64,000 nt of DNA from a virus. Position 1 is the first letter of the stretch. Every line of letters starts with the position of its first letter. Positions 1 through 9,269 of this stretch are shown here, piece after piece. The stretch is taken from the UHGV virus genome UHGV-0279745; one strand, 5' to 3'. The translations under genes were made by a program, and so were the position numbers. The notes beneath the pieces are model-generated. The model did not search any database. It saw only the letters and a program-made list of their open reading frames with translations, and was not told where the DNA came from.

Positions 1-720
1 CGTCCCCGGAAGCTTGGAAGGAGATTTATCCACCAACGAAAAATAACCGTTATGAGAGTGAGCGCGTACGCTTAGAATGGCGTGAGTTCTTTCAGGAACA
101 ATCGTTCTCATTCTTTCCAAGACACCTTCCGATTATTTCATCAAAACTGATCGTTACGGAGGAACGCCGACAAGGTATTTTTATCGATCCGGTTTATACC
201 AGTGCTATCGACGCAGTAAAAAATGTGGCGTTATTGTACACGAATGCACGTCGCATCGAACCACGATTTATTATTCGCCGCGCAATCAAAGCGAATCGAC
301 AACTTGCGTATTTCTATATTGACCATCGTCAGGAAGTGATGGAAGGTAAACCTGGGTTCTATCGGGCAAAACTCGGGTCAACACACGTACCGTGGGGCGG
401 ACGTGTGACTATCTCTCCTATCTCTGAACCTCACGATGCGTTGAAAGTTATTGCGCCTTGGCGTTGGTTGGTTCCGTTGGCGAGTGTTCACATTGAGAAC
501 AAGTTAGGTCGTCGTGATTATACACCTCGACAATGTGAGCGTATCATTGCATTTGCGGCAATGCAGTATGTACCGCTGGTACATGAAATTATTAATGAGT
601 TGATTAAAGAATCCCCCGGCGGATTCGGCTTAATGTTGGAAGTTCTGCGTAACCCAACATTGGTTCAACTTTCTATTCAGACTTTGTTCATCTCAGCGGT
701 ACTGACAGATGTAACACAAT
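1..720 (+). CDS. multisubunit RNA polymerase beta' subunit, N-terminal module, exon 1 (5'-partial; continues upstream of window)
   Basis: Frame open from window edge (codons from nt 3). PWGGRVTISPI resembles the bacterial YSGRSVITVGP motif; LRNPTLVQLSIQTLF (nt 645-689) resembles NRAPTLHRLGIQAF. The 3' end at 720 is a model, not resolved; the frame stays open to 896. Confidence 0.6.
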
Positions 721-1070
721 GTTCTCTGCGTATTTCTGATCGCGTCATCAAAGCACCTAATGCTAAACACTGGCCCACTAGACGGGAAACCTCTAGTGTG
801 TATCCCTCGAATTGCTGGAAACCCCTAAAGCTTACGATCCCGACAGGGTGGCGAAAGTCAGAAACAATTCGTAAGATAACCTATGCTAACCAATAATGCT
901 AAGGGTTGTGATAATGGATAACCAGCAGCGATGAAAATCGTTCAACGACTATCGAAAGGGTAAAACCGAGTAGAGTAGCTGCTTAGTTTAGCGGCGAAGT
1001 GGGGGAGACCTACGGGTAGCAATACCTACGGTTATGATATAGTCTGTGCCCATGTGAAAGCATGGGAGGG
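721..1070 (+). other. putative ORF-less group I self-splicing intron in the beta' gene (boundaries approximate)
   Basis: P-like AATTGCTGGAAA (810-821) pairs with Q-like CCAGCA (922-927); R-like TTCAACGACTATCG (941-954) and S-like GATATAGTC (1036-1044) give a GACTA/TAGTC P7 pairing. GNRA-type hairpins at 776-798 and 1048-1066. Stop codons in all frames around 894-915. Reading frame switches across the element. Confidence 0.6.
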
Positions 1071-1354
1071 TGTCATTGCACACCTGCTCCAAAAGGAATG
1101 GAGTGGACAAACAGGATTTCGATGGCGACCAGTTACAATGCAGATTGGCAATCGACCAGATTGAAATGGAACTGGGCATGGCTTATCGCCCAGACAACGG
1201 GTTTATGTCAAGCACGAATGTGGACGAGGTTTCGAGTTGCATGATTCTCCATAACGAGAATATCAGCAACATAAACAGTTTCTTCCAGGATACTGAAGAG
1301 GACTTGGAAGCCGGTATCGCGCTTGACTCGGAATTATTAAAATTGGCGGGGTAA
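1071..1354 (+). CDS. RNA polymerase beta' subunit N-terminal module, exon 2 (catalytic DFDGD segment)
   Basis: DFDGD encoded at 1115-1129, followed by FMSSTNV resembling bacterial MMSTNNI. No in-frame ATG and no usable RBS upstream (in-frame stop at 1055-1057), and frame differs from exon 1, so expression as a separate polypeptide is unlikely. Confidence 0.65.
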
Positions 1355-1360
1355 TGAAAC

Positions 1361-1948
1361 ATGGGCATGTGGAACTTAGGCGGAACCATCTGGACGCGAC
1401 AAACTGAAAATAGCGGGATGTATCGCTATTTCAGAGACAATTTCGATATTAACGCCTTTGCTCCTGACATGATCGAAAGCGTTAAACGAAAATGTAATGA
1501 GTTAATTTCATTAGAGCGTTTCCGTGAGATGTATGCAGCCGCACGCAAAGTACAGCACAGCGATGCGACTGACGTTGTACGACAATTGGAGAAGATAGGA
1601 CAATTCCAGTTTGCAAACGCAACTTTACAGCCGTTGCTGATGGCATTGCCTGAATATCGACAATTGTACAATAACAACATGGCGACCGGTTACGAGAACG
1701 GGTATTCGAAAATCGATAACTTCCGTGGTTCGGCGTATATGCATACGGACGATAACTTCCGCGAAGTAACGTCGGGTATGTCCAACGAGTACGATGAAGA
1801 TCGTATTTGGAACTGGGTATCCAACGAAGATCGATCCAACAAACTCACGCGTGTGGAGCAAGTTGACATGCAAATCAACTGGGCACGTATGCGGAGTTTT
1901 GATTGGGAAGACGAAGATCCGTGTTCTGAACTCGGCGCTTCGTGTTAA
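1361..1948 (+). CDS. hypothetical protein
   Basis: 195-aa ORF immediately after the beta' module, followed by terminator at 1954-1990. Confidence 0.5.
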   Translation: MGMWNLGGTIWTRQTENSGMYRYFRDNFDINAFAPDMIESVKRKCNELISLERFREMYAAARKVQHSDATDVVRQLEKIGQFQFANATLQPLLMALPEYRQLYNNNMATGYENGYSKIDNFRGSAYMHTDDNFREVTSGMSNEYDEDRIWNWVSNEDRSNKLTRVEQVDMQINWARMRSFDWEDEDPCSELGASC

Positions 1949-1953
1949 TCGAA

Positions 1954-1990
1954 AAGAAGGGGATTGGGCACCCCCTTCTTTTTTCTTATT
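1954..1990 (+). terminator. rho-independent terminator
   Basis: Stem GAAGGGG/CCCCTTC (1956-1962 / 1972-1978) followed by a T-run. Confidence 0.6.
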
Positions 1991-2025
1991 TACAGCAGCA
2001 GCTATCAATGTGATAGGAGTAGAGA

Positions 2026-2409
2026 ATGGCGATTGCAGTAGGCACGGTTTCTACACGCGGCTGGGCAAAAACTCCCCGTGAACGTATTCGTGAGATGATG
2101 AATCATTACACGGAAGCGGGGTATAGCCAATCGCAAATTTATCAAGGCAACGTCCGGTCACTTGCGAAAGCAAAGCAAATGTTTGCTCAAGATCCCGACG
2201 GCTTAGCCAATCGGGTGAAAACAGACTTAACCACGCTTTACGAACATATTTTCCCTGAGGGGGTTGAAGTAGAGACAACCTGGGAATATTTGCCGGATAC
2301 CGATGTACGCTACCGTATCATCATCCAAGCTCGTGTTATGTCGGGTGGGGTGTGGTATGATGTGGAACGTTACGTTGAAACTGAATCATCAGTCATTGAG
2401 GATGAGTAA
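2026..2409 (+). CDS. hypothetical protein
   Basis: 127-aa ORF with RBS-like GGAG upstream. Confidence 0.5.
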   Translation: MAIAVGTVSTRGWAKTPRERIREMMNHYTEAGYSQSQIYQGNVRSLAKAKQMFAQDPDGLANRVKTDLTTLYEHIFPEGVEVETTWEYLPDTDVRYRIIIQARVMSGGVWYDVERYVETESSVIEDE

Positions 2410-2411
2410 GG

Positions 2412-3080
2412 ATGGATCAAGAACCGGGAAAATTTAATGGGGTGCCCATTGAAGAACTTTCTGGCCGTGCTAAGTTTGAGTTTGAGAAACTTCTTGAAAT
2501 GGAAGAGATGCTTAAACAGGGCCAGGGTGTGTGCAGCGTGTTTACTGAATCGATGTTCCGTCGACAAGGTTTACCGCTGTTGTCGGGGATGTTGGACGGT
2601 ACGTTTAACGAAGATACCTGGACGGATTATGTAGGTAGTGCTTTCGTTCCGTTACAGATTGTTTCGGATTCGGATAATTCAAAACTACTCTTTACGATCC
2701 CGCCCCTGCTTAATACTGGTCGGTCGCTCCAACACGTCGATGGTCAGCCGTCGCTCACTGAAGAAACAGAGATGATTCGCCAACAAGCCGATATCATTTC
2801 CGAGGTCGGTGAACGGCAGATGTATCAGATGATCGACTATACGTTGGACGGCATCGAAAAGTTGTCGTACGAAGAAAATGCACTTCGTGCGAAACAGACT
2901 ATCGATCTGTTAAACTGGATCTTCCGTCGTTATAACGTGTCAGGACAATTACCTTATCCTGAAGGACTTGAAGAATTGTGCAATCGTATCCAGGGACAAA
3001 AGAAACCTGTAACGGCGGCACAGCCTGAACAGTCCTCCCCTGCTAAGGGAAGAAGAATCATCGATGAAGAGGATTACTAA
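2412..3080 (+). CDS. hypothetical protein
   Basis: 222-aa ORF; RBS AGGA upstream; overlaps the next gene by 17 nt. Confidence 0.55.
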   Translation: MDQEPGKFNGVPIEELSGRAKFEFEKLLEMEEMLKQGQGVCSVFTESMFRRQGLPLLSGMLDGTFNEDTWTDYVGSAFVPLQIVSDSDNSKLLFTIPPLLNTGRSLQHVDGQPSLTEETEMIRQQADIISEVGERQMYQMIDYTLDGIEKLSYEENALRAKQTIDLLNWIFRRYNVSGQLPYPEGLEELCNRIQGQKKPVTAAQPEQSSPAKGRRIIDEEDY

Positions 3081-4212
3081 TCCGCCACCGAAACCAGTTG
3101 GCGTTAAGCGCATTTTCTCAACGGGCGATGTACACTTATTGCACCGTCGTGTACCGACGTGGCATATTGTTAACGTGCTCAAGGAAACCTTAGAACGGTT
3201 CGATAATACGATTGACGCTATTTATATAGCTGGTGATTTATTTGATGATTCCCGGCATTTGCGGCAAGAAGATTCTCAGGAAGCCATAGGGTTTTTAACT
3301 TGGTTATTGCTCTGGGCCAAACAGACGAATACCGCTATTCGTGTCTTGGAAGGAACACCCTCCCACGATCACAAACAATCGAAAATCGTCGAAGAGTTAA
3401 ATCAGGCGGTGGGTGCAGATTGTTTGTATCTGGATAAGATTGGCGTGTTTTACGACGAGGCGTTAGAAGCGACAGTCGGTTGGGTCCAGGACGAGTATAA
3501 AGCCCTGGGTTCCGAATCCATTGATGCTGCCGCAACAGAACAGGAAATGGCTGAATTATTAGCCACGCGTGGTATACAGCAGATGGATTTCTGCTTTATG
3601 CATGGCTGCTTTCAGTTCCAAGTTCCCGTTGAGTCTACCCGCTTTTTCCATACGGATTTTTGGGAACCGTTAGTCAAGCATTTGATTATCATCCATCACG
3701 ATCATCGTAGGAAACAATTGGGTAAGATTCGTGTACCAGGCAGCCCTGATCGCCTGGCAATGGGTGAAGAAGAGGACAAAGGCTTTGCTATTGTCGATTT
3801 CACTCCTGATTTAGCCAGAGATTATTTCTTGGTTAATGAACGCGCTTGCCCGCAGATTAAGATTGCTGCGGAGGAGGACTATGAATCGCAGTACGCGAAA
3901 TGTCTCTCTGCGCTTGAGTACATTGATACTCATCCGTCCTCAGTGATTGGACGATTGGAAATTGAATATTACCCTGATTCTCCATTGGCGGAAGCCATCA
4001 CTCGTTGGAAATCACAATATTCTTTCCATATTTCAGGTACGCGTATACGTACGCCTGAAGAGGAGCAAATTCTCGCAGCCGGTTTTGCTATCGACGCAGA
4101 GGTCGAGGAAACCATCTCTGAAGAGAATGTGGAAGCGATTTTGTTAGAAGCATTAGTGCCGTTTAAATACGATGCACAAATTGTCACTGACATTATCAGG
4201 AGCATCAAATGA
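3064..4212 (+). CDS. calcineurin-like phosphoesterase, SbcD/Mre11-like nuclease
   Basis: Phosphoesterase motifs in order: GDVHL, GDLFDD, GTPSHD, FMHGCF, IIHHDH. Confidence 0.55.
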   Translation: MKRITNPPPKPVGVKRIFSTGDVHLLHRRVPTWHIVNVLKETLERFDNTIDAIYIAGDLFDDSRHLRQEDSQEAIGFLTWLLLWAKQTNTAIRVLEGTPSHDHKQSKIVEELNQAVGADCLYLDKIGVFYDEALEATVGWVQDEYKALGSESIDAAATEQEMAELLATRGIQQMDFCFMHGCFQFQVPVESTRFFHTDFWEPLVKHLIIIHHDHRRKQLGKIRVPGSPDRLAMGEEEDKGFAIVDFTPDLARDYFLVNERACPQIKIAAEEDYESQYAKCLSALEYIDTHPSSVIGRLEIEYYPDSPLAEAITRWKSQYSFHISGTRIRTPEEEQILAAGFAIDAEVEETISEENVEAILLEALVPFKYDAQIVTDIIRSIK

Positions 4213-5045
4213 CCCCAATCAGTGTTGATCGCACGTTTGGGTTTTATCAAATGTCAATTGCTACATCGTTGGCTTTTGAAGGGCTTCTCCATGAAGGAGA
4301 ATATGCCGATTGGAAGGGTCCTGTCCCTATCCACAAGTATCAGGATATTTACCTGAATCTACGGACGTTGTTCCGTAACGCGTTTTACGCGTTTGAAACG
4401 AATCGTGAACGATTAACACCTGAAGTGTTGCTGGCATCGATTGAAGAAGATATTGCTTCTATTAACGCTACCGCGAAAGCGGTAGCGCCTTCGGTGCTAT
4501 GTGTCCCCTATATCTGTACGTATAAAAGTGCGAACAGAATCTTCCCCGAAGCAGCGTTCCGTACGATTGCAGGAGGGCAGGAAAAGATGACACCTAACCA
4601 GCATCACTTTAATGCGCTAGAACACGATACGTTAAAGTTATACGGTGAAAAATACCCTGAACAATTCAAAAGCTTTGATGTGTTTCCGAAAGGGCAGCAT
4701 GACACATTGATTTTAACCCATTACCCTGCCGATCTACTGGCCTACAAAGATTTCCCGCTGTTGAATCTGCTAGAATCACACACGGGTAAGATTAAAGGTC
4801 GGTTAGAATGGTACACGAAGCTTTACGGTAAACCCGAACAGATCCCGTTTAACAAAGCGTTTCTAACGCTATTTGGCGATGGGTATATGTTCTCCCCACT
4901 TGACAGAAAGGTGCGTAAGGTGGTTTTGAAGACTGCCGAGAAATACCACTGGCGACAAGATACGACTATGGATCGTATTTACAGTTGTTTGAAGTTGGTT
5001 AACGAACCCTTTGTCATTGAGTTCCTTCGTAGATTGTCTCGCTAA
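4209..5045 (+). CDS. hypothetical protein
   Basis: 278-aa ORF; start overlaps the preceding stop (ATGA). Confidence 0.55.
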   Translation: MTPISVDRTFGFYQMSIATSLAFEGLLHEGEYADWKGPVPIHKYQDIYLNLRTLFRNAFYAFETNRERLTPEVLLASIEEDIASINATAKAVAPSVLCVPYICTYKSANRIFPEAAFRTIAGGQEKMTPNQHHFNALEHDTLKLYGEKYPEQFKSFDVFPKGQHDTLILTHYPADLLAYKDFPLLNLLESHTGKIKGRLEWYTKLYGKPEQIPFNKAFLTLFGDGYMFSPLDRKVRKVVLKTAEKYHWRQDTTMDRIYSCLKLVNEPFVIEFLRRLSR

Positions 5046-5103
5046 TTTTACAGATCGTTTTGTTAGTTTGAGCACTCCGAAAATGTAAAAATAGGATAAG
5101 TAA

Positions 5104-5748
5104 ATGGTCAATAAAAACTTCCTTAAAGAGAAATGGCTTTACCCGCAGACTGAGCCGGATCAACAGGGCCGTACGCGTAAACTGGGCATTGAACTGAACG
5201 AGTTCAATGGTGATGTGGAACTGATGAAATTCCACTACTCCTTTGGTAAAGGCGAAGGTCTTTATTTCACCGCAGGCTATACCGTTTGCGTTGATATCTT
5301 TGAAACCCTACGTACGGTGATGCAGAAACCCGAAAAAGTTGTTTTCAAATGGGAAGATGCAAAAGGTAAGAAGGCACCGGTTAGCTTACACGTAGGTCGT
5401 GATGAAAACCTGACACCGTTCTTTGCACTGAGCGGCGAGATCCCAGGGGTTGGTGCGCGTCAGAAGAAATTCTATTTCACTTATCCGAAAGGTTATCGTG
5501 TTTTCCGTAATGGACAACTGGTCTCCGATCTGGAACTGGCAGAGCGTCAGCTACGCGCGTTCCTGAAAAATGCGGATGTATTCCTGGAAGATTTCCGTGA
5601 CAACTACAAACCGCGTGAGTTTAATAATGCGGGTGGTGGTAGTTACGGTCGTGGTGGTTACAATAACGGCGGCAATGGCGGCGGTTATAACAACCAATCC
5701 GGTGCAAAAGCCCCAACACCAACTAACGATTTTGACGATATTATCTAA
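5104..5748 (+). CDS. putative single-stranded DNA-binding protein (SSB-like)
   Basis: Gly/Asn/Tyr-rich flexible tail ending in acidic tip NDFDDII, resembling the bacterial SSB DFDDDIPF tail. Strongly optimised codon usage. N-terminal OB fold not verified. Confidence 0.45.
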   Translation: MVNKNFLKEKWLYPQTEPDQQGRTRKLGIELNEFNGDVELMKFHYSFGKGEGLYFTAGYTVCVDIFETLRTVMQKPEKVVFKWEDAKGKKAPVSLHVGRDENLTPFFALSGEIPGVGARQKKFYFTYPKGYRVFRNGQLVSDLELAERQLRAFLKNADVFLEDFRDNYKPREFNNAGGGSYGRGGYNNGGNGGGYNNQSGAKAPTPTNDFDDII

Positions 5749-5768
5749 ATAATGTAAAACTATAACAT

Positions 5769-5797
5769 AGCCCCAGGATATCCTGGGGCTCTTTATC
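5769..5797 (+). terminator. rho-independent terminator (palindromic stem)
   Basis: CCCCAGGATATCCTGGGG palindrome (5771-5788) followed by a T-rich tract. Confidence 0.5.
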
Positions 5798-5881
5798 GTG
5801 TATGTGTGTAGAATACAGTCGAAGTTATCTGAGATAGATTTTATCTTAGTGGACGACTATGTTATTCCTGGAGATTTTAAA

Positions 5882-7510
5882 ATGCGCATTGAAAAGAATC
5901 GTGACCGTTTAGTGATAAAGTACGGCGAAAAAGAGGTCGCGTTTAATGGTTTCCGAAATGGACGTAAAGACGTGAATGTGCCAGACGTACGCGATAGTTT
6001 CGGACAGATCGTAACGCACGATAAAATCATGTTCATGGAAATCGAGCGTTATTGGTCAACTTTAACGCCTGAAGAGAAAAGCGAACTGTTTTCAGTTTAC
6101 GAAGAATTAGAGTTGTTAGCTAATGAACCCCCAGAAGTTATTCGTGAACACGTCCCCACGCTCGTCGCGAGAATTGCTAAATTTCATCACGCAGATAGAT
6201 TCCGCCAGCTTTATCCACACGGTTCGGTGTGGATTCCTCAAAACGTCCACGAAACGTACGAAGAGATGTCGTCGAATTATCCAAAAGAGATGACGTATAT
6301 CGTACAAGATTATTACGAATTGGTGATTTTGTCTTTGATGACAAAACCGTTTATTCCCGTATTCTTGATTTTGGACGCTTTTCCTGCAACACGCGCTTCT
6401 GTTGAGTCGAAGCGCAAAAGTGTTTATAACCTGACCTACTGCATGGAGTTGTTGTCTGATACCGAGATTGCTACACTGCCAGCCATTACAAAGTTGCGTG
6501 AGTTTTTAGTGTCGGTGATTTCGAAAGTTCAGGACGGAGGGAGTAAAGGACCCAATACTGCAAACCTTACCGTCCTGGCATCTATCTGTGGCTACGGTAC
6601 GGATATGGTAGAGGAATACATCATAGCGTTCGCCGTTATCCGTTTAATTGCAATGAAGTTAATCGGTGCCGAACTACCGCCAGGTACGATGGTTGAAAAC
6701 AACATCGTGGCGGGGATGTATTTCAATATTCGACAAGAAATCGAAACGGGCTTCGCGGGAAAAATTTCCGGCCAAAACGTGATGTTAAAAGCGAATCCTG
6801 AGAAAATCATGTTCAATGGCGAGAAGGGGAAAACTTCGTCGATTGACCTGGTTCAAGCTCGGACTAAAGCACCAATGAAGGAATTCGTTCGTACCCAAGA
6901 ATTCTTTAATGACTATCGTCGTGCGGTACGTGCTTTGAATCTCGATATTGCTCCCGCTGATGTGAAAGTGTTGATAGATTCCATCAACATTAATCATCAA
7001 TATCCGTTCTACGAACTCTACGAATGGTTGGTGGCGGCAGTGATGCACCGATTTGCAGATCGTCGTACATACAAGGAAATCGACTCAGAAGCGTTTAAGA
7101 ACGCGATGGGTATATCCCAAGCCGTTTACATCTATTACGGAATGCCTGAGATTGCACAGTTGTTAAGTTGTGAAATGATCCGGGCACCACTAAATGGCGG
7201 GTATCCCATCGAGCCTATCGATAATGAGATTAAAATAAAAACGGATAGATATTATCCACAAGCATACCGTAAACATCGTAATACTTACGAACAATCAACA
7301 TTGAAGGATTCTCTCAGCTTGTTGGTTCGTGAACATATTGCGCCGTTCAACTTCAATCTCAGGGCAACACCGGAAGCAGCCAGAATGTTACGGTGTGGGA
7401 CAGTGATGTTGGACTATTCACCTCATCCGCGACTTCAGAACATGTTAGCAGAATTTCTGTTAATTCAAAACAGAAAGAAATGCGAAGAAGTAGCATGGTT
7501 TAATCAATAA
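5882..7510 (+). CDS. hypothetical protein
   Basis: Long ORF; start placed at the first ATG with RBS GGAGAT (5869-5874). The track's GTG start at 5798 lies inside the terminator tail. Confidence 0.55.
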   Translation: MRIEKNRDRLVIKYGEKEVAFNGFRNGRKDVNVPDVRDSFGQIVTHDKIMFMEIERYWSTLTPEEKSELFSVYEELELLANEPPEVIREHVPTLVARIAKFHHADRFRQLYPHGSVWIPQNVHETYEEMSSNYPKEMTYIVQDYYELVILSLMTKPFIPVFLILDAFPATRASVESKRKSVYNLTYCMELLSDTEIATLPAITKLREFLVSVISKVQDGGSKGPNTANLTVLASICGYGTDMVEEYIIAFAVIRLIAMKLIGAELPPGTMVENNIVAGMYFNIRQEIETGFAGKISGQNVMLKANPEKIMFNGEKGKTSSIDLVQARTKAPMKEFVRTQEFFNDYRRAVRALNLDIAPADVKVLIDSININHQYPFYELYEWLVAAVMHRFADRRTYKEIDSEAFKNAMGISQAVYIYYGMPEIAQLLSCEMIRAPLNGGYPIEPIDNEIKIKTDRYYPQAYRKHRNTYEQSTLKDSLSLLVREHIAPFNFNLRATPEAARMLRCGTVMLDYSPHPRLQNMLAEFLLIQNRKKCEEVAWFNQ

Positions 7511-7540
7511 TTTTCGGCTTGACCTAAAGGAGCATTTACA

Positions 7541-9247
7541 ATGGCAATGAAACTTTTGAAACTACAAATGTATCCAGTGTACGAAATCCCAGAGCAGATT
7601 CGTCGTCGCATTGGGTTCTTTGAATCGCAGCACGCTTTGGATGAGTTAGTGGATGTGGTTGCAGAACATGGTGATAAAGCAACAGGTTCTCGGGCTTATC
7701 AAGAAGCCTTGGGGCAGATTGTGGGTTTCGACAATACCCCAACTGGCATTGAACGTCCATTCATTAACGTGAGTGATAACGAATCGCAACCAATCCATTT
7801 TGCGTATAATTCTCGCGATACTGGTGTGTATAACTTCGTGGCGATTATTGTTTCGAACTCGTTAAATGACACACGGACTCAAGAAACACGTTATGTTGTT
7901 TCCGGGTATACGTCCCAGGCAGAGCGATCCATGTTTAATCACCTGCCGGATGACATGGTTCTGTATATCAACGAAATATACGGGTTACAATGTACGTATA
8001 TCACCGATGCGTTTGGTGGACGTCGTATCAACCCGGATTCCTTCCGTTTGATAGACAACTATGTGTTGTCCAAGACATTAACCGCAGACAGCTATGTAGA
8101 GCACACCATTGACGTTATTTCTACCGCGAAAGCAGCTGATATGGTGCGTAAAGTGGTGAAAGCAGGTGAGCAGATTGAGCTGGATAACAACACCGTTATC
8201 TCCGCTAATTGCCAGCGTGCGCCACAGTTGATGTCTAGTCAATTAACCAGACCAGAATCTTTCGTGACGGCGATCTCCAATTCCTTTATTAACACCATGG
8301 GGATTGAAACGGAGTTGAGCGCAGTAGACAGCTTCTTCGCAGGAGATCATTCTCTTGGGGTAGAATCTGAACTTAGCCAGATTGGTGTGATGCGTAATTT
8401 CAACAGTTACGAGTTGGTGAAGGCTTTTAGAACCGCCATATCCAACGCCACGTCCGATATGACTAGCGGTTGGAACGTTGCGAACCGTGCAGCATTCAAA
8501 CTGTGCGACCTGCGTAACGCGGTGATTAATCCCGAAGATGTGGATGCTGCAATTGCGCACTCGCTGGCTGTCGCAGCCCGTCGTGGTTTTGGTGAAATTG
8601 AACGCACCGATGATTGGGTAGGACGTAACAACTATTCTACTCAGGGTTCGTTGGTGGCATTTGATTTAGCCATGTTACTGGGGCCTGTGGTCACTCGTAA
8701 CCTTATCGGCGAAGTGACTTTCTTCTACGATAACCGTATGGCGGATATTGCAACACCTCCTCTGCTGCAAGTGTCAAAACACAACGTTGGGGCATTAACT
8801 GAAGACGGATTACCGGATGTGTTAGCACGTCGCTTCTTAAGTGACTTACAAGGCGTGTTCTTGCAAGTGACTAAACACAACCGTATTCGTTGTAAGATGA
8901 CCGTAACGTGTATCGTTGGGGTGGTTTCACGTATTGAAATCGAAATCGATGGTGAGCTACCTGAGTATTATACTCATGCGTCGTTCATGAAAGCACGTCT
9001 GCATTGTGGTACAACGACTGACCTTCAGTACACGAACCAGTTAGCTGCAGAAACAGCGCAGCTGATGAACAAAGTGGAAGAAGGGTACCAAGAATTCAAC
9101 CGTGGTCAGAACCGTTCGAATATCCTGTCGAATATCCCAACTGCCCCTGTGTCTGCACCTACGAGCCTGGGTAGCTTCGGTAGCTTTGGTGGTGGCGATA
9201 TGTCAACCTCTGCGCCAGTGTCTGGCTTTGGTGCATTCGGCGAGTAA
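7541..9247 (+). CDS. hypothetical protein with Gly/Ser/Phe-rich C-terminal tail
   Basis: 568-aa ORF; RBS AAGGAG; C-terminus SLGSFGSFGGGDMSTSAPVSGFGAFGE. Confidence 0.6.
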   Translation: MAMKLLKLQMYPVYEIPEQIRRRIGFFESQHALDELVDVVAEHGDKATGSRAYQEALGQIVGFDNTPTGIERPFINVSDNESQPIHFAYNSRDTGVYNFVAIIVSNSLNDTRTQETRYVVSGYTSQAERSMFNHLPDDMVLYINEIYGLQCTYITDAFGGRRINPDSFRLIDNYVLSKTLTADSYVEHTIDVISTAKAADMVRKVVKAGEQIELDNNTVISANCQRAPQLMSSQLTRPESFVTAISNSFINTMGIETELSAVDSFFAGDHSLGVESELSQIGVMRNFNSYELVKAFRTAISNATSDMTSGWNVANRAAFKLCDLRNAVINPEDVDAAIAHSLAVAARRGFGEIERTDDWVGRNNYSTQGSLVAFDLAMLLGPVVTRNLIGEVTFFYDNRMADIATPPLLQVSKHNVGALTEDGLPDVLARRFLSDLQGVFLQVTKHNRIRCKMTVTCIVGVVSRIEIEIDGELPEYYTHASFMKARLHCGTTTDLQYTNQLAAETAQLMNKVEEGYQEFNRGQNRSNILSNIPTAPVSAPTSLGSFGSFGGGDMSTSAPVSGFGAFGE

Positions 9248-9269
9248 AAGATTAATCAAGGACTCTTAA

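Noticed and set aside
721-775. Attempt to define the intron P1/internal guide pairing and exact 5' splice site
   Set aside because: No convincing complementary guide sequence found for candidate 5' exon ends at 720, 735, 740, 758, 761, 764 or 771; the only GTTGTG complement to ACACAAU is at 905-910, too far downstream. The 5' boundary is therefore left approximate.
5798-5881. GTG-extended start of the 5882-7510 gene (and similar TTG/GTG-extended track starts at 20495, 43549, 45536, 60966)
   Set aside because: The extensions begin inside terminator or intergenic sequence or overlap upstream genes; the first ATG with an RBS was preferred. True starts remain unverified.
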